Shown here: piece by piece, positions 59,401-64,000 of the stretch
How positions within the stretch are numbered: position 1 is the stretch's first letter
Layout: every line of letters starts with the position of its first letter
From: Chrysomallon squamiferum
Lineage: Eukaryota > Animalia > Mollusca
Reading direction: 5' to 3'
NCBI GenBank assembly: GCA_012295275.1
Contig: CM022666.1
Location: 8,742,001-8,806,000 of the forward strand
Length of the DNA stretch: 64,000 nt
Notes under the pieces: model-generated
Databases searched by the model: none
Seen by the model: only the letters and a program-made list of their open reading frames with translations
Told to the model about the DNA's origin: nothing
Translations under genes and position numbers: made by a program

Positions 59401-60650
59401 AGTCTTCCCTTTATACACAGTCTAAGATAGTCTTTCCTTTATACACAGTCTAATGAATCCATTCTTTGGAAGATAGACTTCCCTTTATATAGTCTAACAT
59501 AGTCTTCCCTTTATACACAGTCTAAGAAAGTATTTCCTTTATACACCAGTCTAAGATAGTCTTCCCTTTATACACAGTCTAAGATAGTCTTCCCTTTATA
59601 CACAGTCTAAGATAGTCTTTCCTTTATATACAGCAGTCTAAGATAGTCTTCCCTTTATACACAGTCTAAGAAAGTCTTCCCTTTATACACAGTCTAAGAA
59701 AGTCTTCTCTTCCCTTTATACACAGTCTAAGATAGTCTTCCCTTTATACACAGCAGTCTAAGATAGTCTTCCCTTTATACACAGTCTAAGATAGTCTTCC
59801 CTTTATACACAGTCTAAGAATGTCTTTCCTTTATACACAGTCTAATGAATCCATTCTCTTTAAGACTTTTTTTTTACCCAACCCTATGACAGTTCCTTTC
59901 CATTCATCCATAACAATCTCCTTTCACTCAAACAATTTTCTTCTGACAAAATTTCGTCAAATTATATTTTTATTTGAGAAACATCCATCACTCCACTTCA
60001 CTTTATGCAATCACTCCTTCCCAACATCTTTCTTCAAAACACACCGTCTTTAATTTCATTTACTTCCACAACTGCCCTACCCCAGATCTTTCCTCTCACA
60101 GCACCCTACCCCAGTTACACATCCATCCCCACAGGCACTCGACCCCGTTTCTACACCCCCCCTATCCTAATTCTGTTTCACACAATCCTCACCTCACCAC
60201 TTAAACTGAATCACCAAAACCAGTTTAACTTCAATCTCACTCTACCCCCGAAATCTACTTCCTTTTCCCCAAAACCCCTATCTTCCCAACAGCCCCCAAA
60301 ATATCCTATCTCCCAAAAAAATCCACACCGGAACCCCCTACCTTCCCAAAGTCCCCGAAACCCCCTACCTCCCAAATACCCTCATGCCCCCTACAACCCC
60401 ACAGCCACTCATGCCCGCACTCCTCCTTCCCCGCCATTCCAGCGGTCTCTGTCGTGACACGGTGACATAAACATGGCTGCCCCGAGGAATCGAGTTACAG
60501 TCTGAAGATGAAAATCCGCGCGCCAGCTACCTCGTAAAACAAGGGTGCTAGATCATGTGGACAGGAAGGCGGGCTGCTTGCAAGTAAAGTTTTTTTTAAC
60601 TGCGGTTACAGAGGACAGGTGTTTCCGCGCGACACCAGATAGGCTGACAG
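53403..60650 (+). ncRNA. Hypothetical giant non-coding exon (lncRNA/circRNA) carrying a miR-7 seed-site array
   Basis: Acceptor tttcttccgtctttatttcAG ends at 53402; donor-like CAG|GTAACT at 60650/60651; GTCTTCC (miR-7 seed match) in most units between them. No transcript evidence is available. Confidence 0.3.
53461..59845. repeat. ~6.4 kb tandem minisatellite/satellite array; consensus AGTCTAAGA(A/T)AGTCTTCCCTTTATACAC, mostly 26-31 bp units, roughly 220-230 copies estimated from length
   Basis: Head-to-tail units throughout with no unique spacers. Length variants lie in the TATAC(AC)(C)AG linker, and higher-order duplications are present. Confidence 0.98.
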
Positions 60651-60730
60651 GTAACTGGCACGGAATTTAAGCAAATCCTTCAAGGTGGCATGAAATATTC
60701 GACAGAAGTCTCGTAACAACCAACGTCAGC
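60430..60730. promoter_or_regulatory. CpG-rich island at the distal side of the array
   Basis: YY1-type motifs CCGCCATT (60431) and AAACATGGCTGCC (60469), CGCG runs and E-box CAGGTG (~60616). Confidence 0.35.
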
Positions 60731-60842
60731 AAGAACAAAAGGAAATGGCTTTTTCTTAATTCTTTTTTTTTTTTTTTAGATTAGGTCTGTTTCAAATGAA
60801 AGAGAAAGAAAAGTAATACGTAATTTTGTGATTTTGTGGATG

Positions 60843-60873
<31 letters not shown>

Positions 60874-60948
60874 ATGTGTGTGTGTTTGCGTGTATACCTG
60901 TGTGACTCTATGTATATGTATGCGTATGTATGTATGTATTTTATGTGT

Positions 60949-60979
<31 letters not shown>

Positions 60980-61030
60980 ATAATAGACTTGCATGCCATG
61001 TACGCATTTGAGTGTGTATGTATTAACGTG

Positions 61031-61082
61031 TATATATAGAAAGACAGTCACATGTATATATATAGAAAGACAGTCACATGTA
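61031..61082. repeat. 26-bp tandem duplication (tatatatagaaagacagtcacatgta) x2
   Basis: Directly visible. Confidence 0.8.
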
Positions 61083-63629
61083 GATGAGAATACTCTGAAA
61101 TTGCTAGGTGTACATGTACTGTAGTTTATTATATAACAGGATATAGTTATGACAACAATAAATATTCTAAGCATTCACGCATGGCTGATTTAGAAGTTAG
61201 AAGACCCGGATACGCTTTATTAACACTCAAACTGAATTTAAATCAGTGACGTTTTGGGTACTTGTTTATCTTAAATATGGATTTTTTTTTTTTTTTTTTT
61301 TTTTTATTTATACAATACATAAAAAGCTTAGTCAGAGTGACATGCATGCGTAAGCGATGACATTTTAGAAATAAACAAAAACAGAATTATTTTTCAATTA
61401 AAGTTCTTTTATTCAGCGTTAGTGGTAAAATTTATTTACTGTGTTTAGGTTTAAAAATATTGAACAACTGAATATTTATTTGTAACCTAAAATGAAACAA
61501 CGTCGAAGATGAATGCAATTTAACAATAGCGAACATAACTTAATGTTCAATGTCCAAACAAAACTAAGTAAATAGATAGACAGACAGATGGATAGATGGA
61601 TGGATGGATGGATGGATGGATGGATGGACAGATAGATAGATCAAAGCTAATTCATCGAAAATGGATGATATTTTACAACGGTGAACATGAACTATTATAA
61701 GTTAGTGTACAATCTCCAAGTAAATAAATAAATAAAATAAAATAAAATAAACATAAGGTAACTACATCAAACACCCTATTTTAAATCAGCAAACATGTAT
61801 AAATAAATGACTAAAATTACGTTTTAAAAAAAATTAATAATAATAATAAAAAAAAATTTAAGAAATGAAATTAAAAAAAGGAAGAAGAAAGTAATAAAGG
61901 TAAAACGAAACAGAAAAAAAAAGAAAAAAAAAAAAAGATCTAATGAAAACCGAACCTGCACGGATGATTTGGCACAGAAGCCATAAACGCCACAAGGACG
62001 AACCGACGACTAAAGTAACGTGGCGATTTTGTTGTCGTTTTGTGGCTTTCTTTTGTTTGGGCAAGCCCGGAGTGTTGTTTGGTATAGAAATAGAGGCAAA
62101 TTGAAACCGCCGTATCGAGTTGATGCGAGTCGACTATTAAAGTGTTGAGCGTCTCACTTTATGGGTGTTTTGTGCACACTGGATGAAATCAGTCGTGTTC
62201 CTACATGTGCACGACTCCATGTTGCACACCGGGTTTGAACACACAAATAAAATAAAATAAAACTGCGTGTCTCTTCACGTCTTTACGACGTGGGAGTGCA
62301 GCGCTCACGTTGCTGAATTTCAAAGAAGCAGATTTAGTGCGGGGTGACAGCTTCGGCTGTCGTGCCTCGCAGGATCGGTTCTTGATGACGTCATCAGCTT
62401 TAGTCTTGATGACGTTCAGTTCATTGTGTTTTACTGAATCATGTAAAGTGGTTATATATCGTTAAAACCATCGTCCCAAGATACTTTGGCAAATGAGTCT
62501 TGATATTTGATCTAATGTCTTATGGCCACCTAAAAGAATCCTTACTGATATTTGAGTAACCCATGAAGTTGCCATACTGGCTTTCTGTATTCACATATTT
62601 TCAAAATTATGTTAAAAACACATTTAAAACCTGGGTGGGTCTTTGGGTTTTTTCTGAGTTTCTTTCTGTATCCTGAAAGATGCAAATAAAAGATTCCACG
62701 CTTACAAATCATCAGCATTATCTATATATTAAACCATGATGTGTATTTTTATAAATGGTTTTCCAATAAAAAAAAAATGCTTGTTTTGTTTTCCTGTCTG
62801 TTGAAAAGTCCCTATAAAAGATTCTTGCTGTCATCTGAAAAGAGCAAGCCATGCAATGAAGACAATGTCTAATCTCGATTAAAAATCATCAGATAAAGTT
62901 CATAGTCATGATTAGTTTTCCTGTTTTTACAACACAGATCTGAGTACATTCATTTTAAGAATTCCAACGAAAGGTCAAAGGTGACTGCACCAAGTCTGAA
63001 CCACGTTACCTCAGTGAATAAATATTTTTTTTTTTTTATTTATCAACACTTTAGTACATTTCAATACAAAAGTCATCAGGTGTCACGTAAGGTTGTTTTT
63101 TTAATTGTTTTGCATAATGATTAACTGTGATACGATATCGGAAATGCTTTAGCAACAAATATTTCCTTTATATGAACCTGCTCCTGGGTAGGGAAAACAT
63201 TTTTTATCTGTGTAGTTTTGACGGACAGGAGATCGGAGATAGTGATGACTATCATAATGGTCAGAGACAAGAACGGGAAAAAAGTTCATTTTTAAATGAA
63301 ATGTGAATCGTTGTTTTATAAATAAATCAGGAAATTTTCAGGCGGCAGTAAAGCTTATCACAGTAATAATAATGTGAACTAATATGTGCAGTGTTTGTAC
63401 TCGTCAGGTCCTCAATTTACAGTGTTCTCCAAACATTTGTCTTACCTCCATACTAGAGCGAAATAAAGTTCATTTGTTTTTTTTTTTCTTATATTAATCC
63501 GATTTATAAATCTCTTATTACAGATGTATATACACTGACCTGAAGATAGGTGGATCGATTCCCTACATGAGCACAAAGTTGATAAAAGGAAAACAGGCTT
63601 CACGCTAAATCGAAAAGAAATGATTTATT

Positions 63630-63755
63630 TTACTTACATACTTGTTTGCTTGCTTACTTACTTACTTAGTTACTTACTGACTTACTTACTTACTTACTTA
63701 CTTACTAACTTACATGCTTACTTGCTTGCTTGCTTGCTTGCTAACTTACTTACTT
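63630..63755. repeat. (CTTA/CTTG)n tetranucleotide repeat
   Basis: Directly visible. Confidence 0.85.
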
Positions 63756-64000
63756 GGTCGTGGTGTTATTGTTGACGAAAGTATAAATAATTATTACTGA
63801 TAAAAGATGCTAATTAAATGATATTGTCCCTTATAATGGTTGTCTGGTGTTGATGATGATGATGATGATGATGATGATTATGATGATGATAATAATAATA
63901 CTGATGGTGTGTTGACAATGATGATGATAGTTATTATTGTGATGATGGTGATAATGTTGATCACAACTTAAATGATAAACATTTGTCTCAGTAAAAGATC

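Noticed and set aside
53461-59845. CRISPR array (repeat length ~28-30 bp)
   Set aside because: Units are directly head-to-tail with no unique spacers, there are no cas genes, and the context is eukaryotic.
53461-59845. Repeated TATAAA on the minus strand of the array as a promoter cluster
   Set aside because: TATAAAGG is an imperfect TATA box, has no initiator context, and is expected in AT-rich units.
60005-60457. 150-aa Pro-rich ORF
   Set aside because: Product of the C-rich, G-poor composition, which suppresses stop codons; no domain recognised.
60473-60505. AAACATGGCTGCC as the start of a protein-coding gene
   Set aside because: The frame closes after 10 codons (MAAPRNRVTV-stop); better explained as a YY1-type motif.

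Overview
AT-rich, microsatellite-dense animal genomic DNA; invertebrate and probably lophotrochozoan/mollusc-like, which is an inference from the protein and repeat landscape. The only credible protein-coding gene is an intronless group-B1 Sox gene (SoxB1, Sox1/2/3/SoxNeuro type) on the minus strand at 845-1858. The other ~62 kb is its upstream gene desert: short CpG-rich, motif-dense islands separated by simple repeats, plus a ~6.4 kb tandem array of 26-31 bp units at 53461-59845. The most striking observation concerns that array. On the + strand most units carry GTCTTCC, the GY-box or 7mer-m8 seed match for the conserved neural miRNA miR-7, often extended to (T)AGTCTTCC. The array is bracketed by a strong splice acceptor (53402) and a plausible donor (60651). 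It lies upstream of, and on the opposite strand to, a SoxB1 gene, as the mammalian miR-7 sponge CDR1as/ciRS-7 does relative to SOX3. It is therefore a candidate invertebrate miR-7 sponge lncRNA or circRNA. Transcription and function cannot be shown from sequence alone, and it may be an ordinary satellite.
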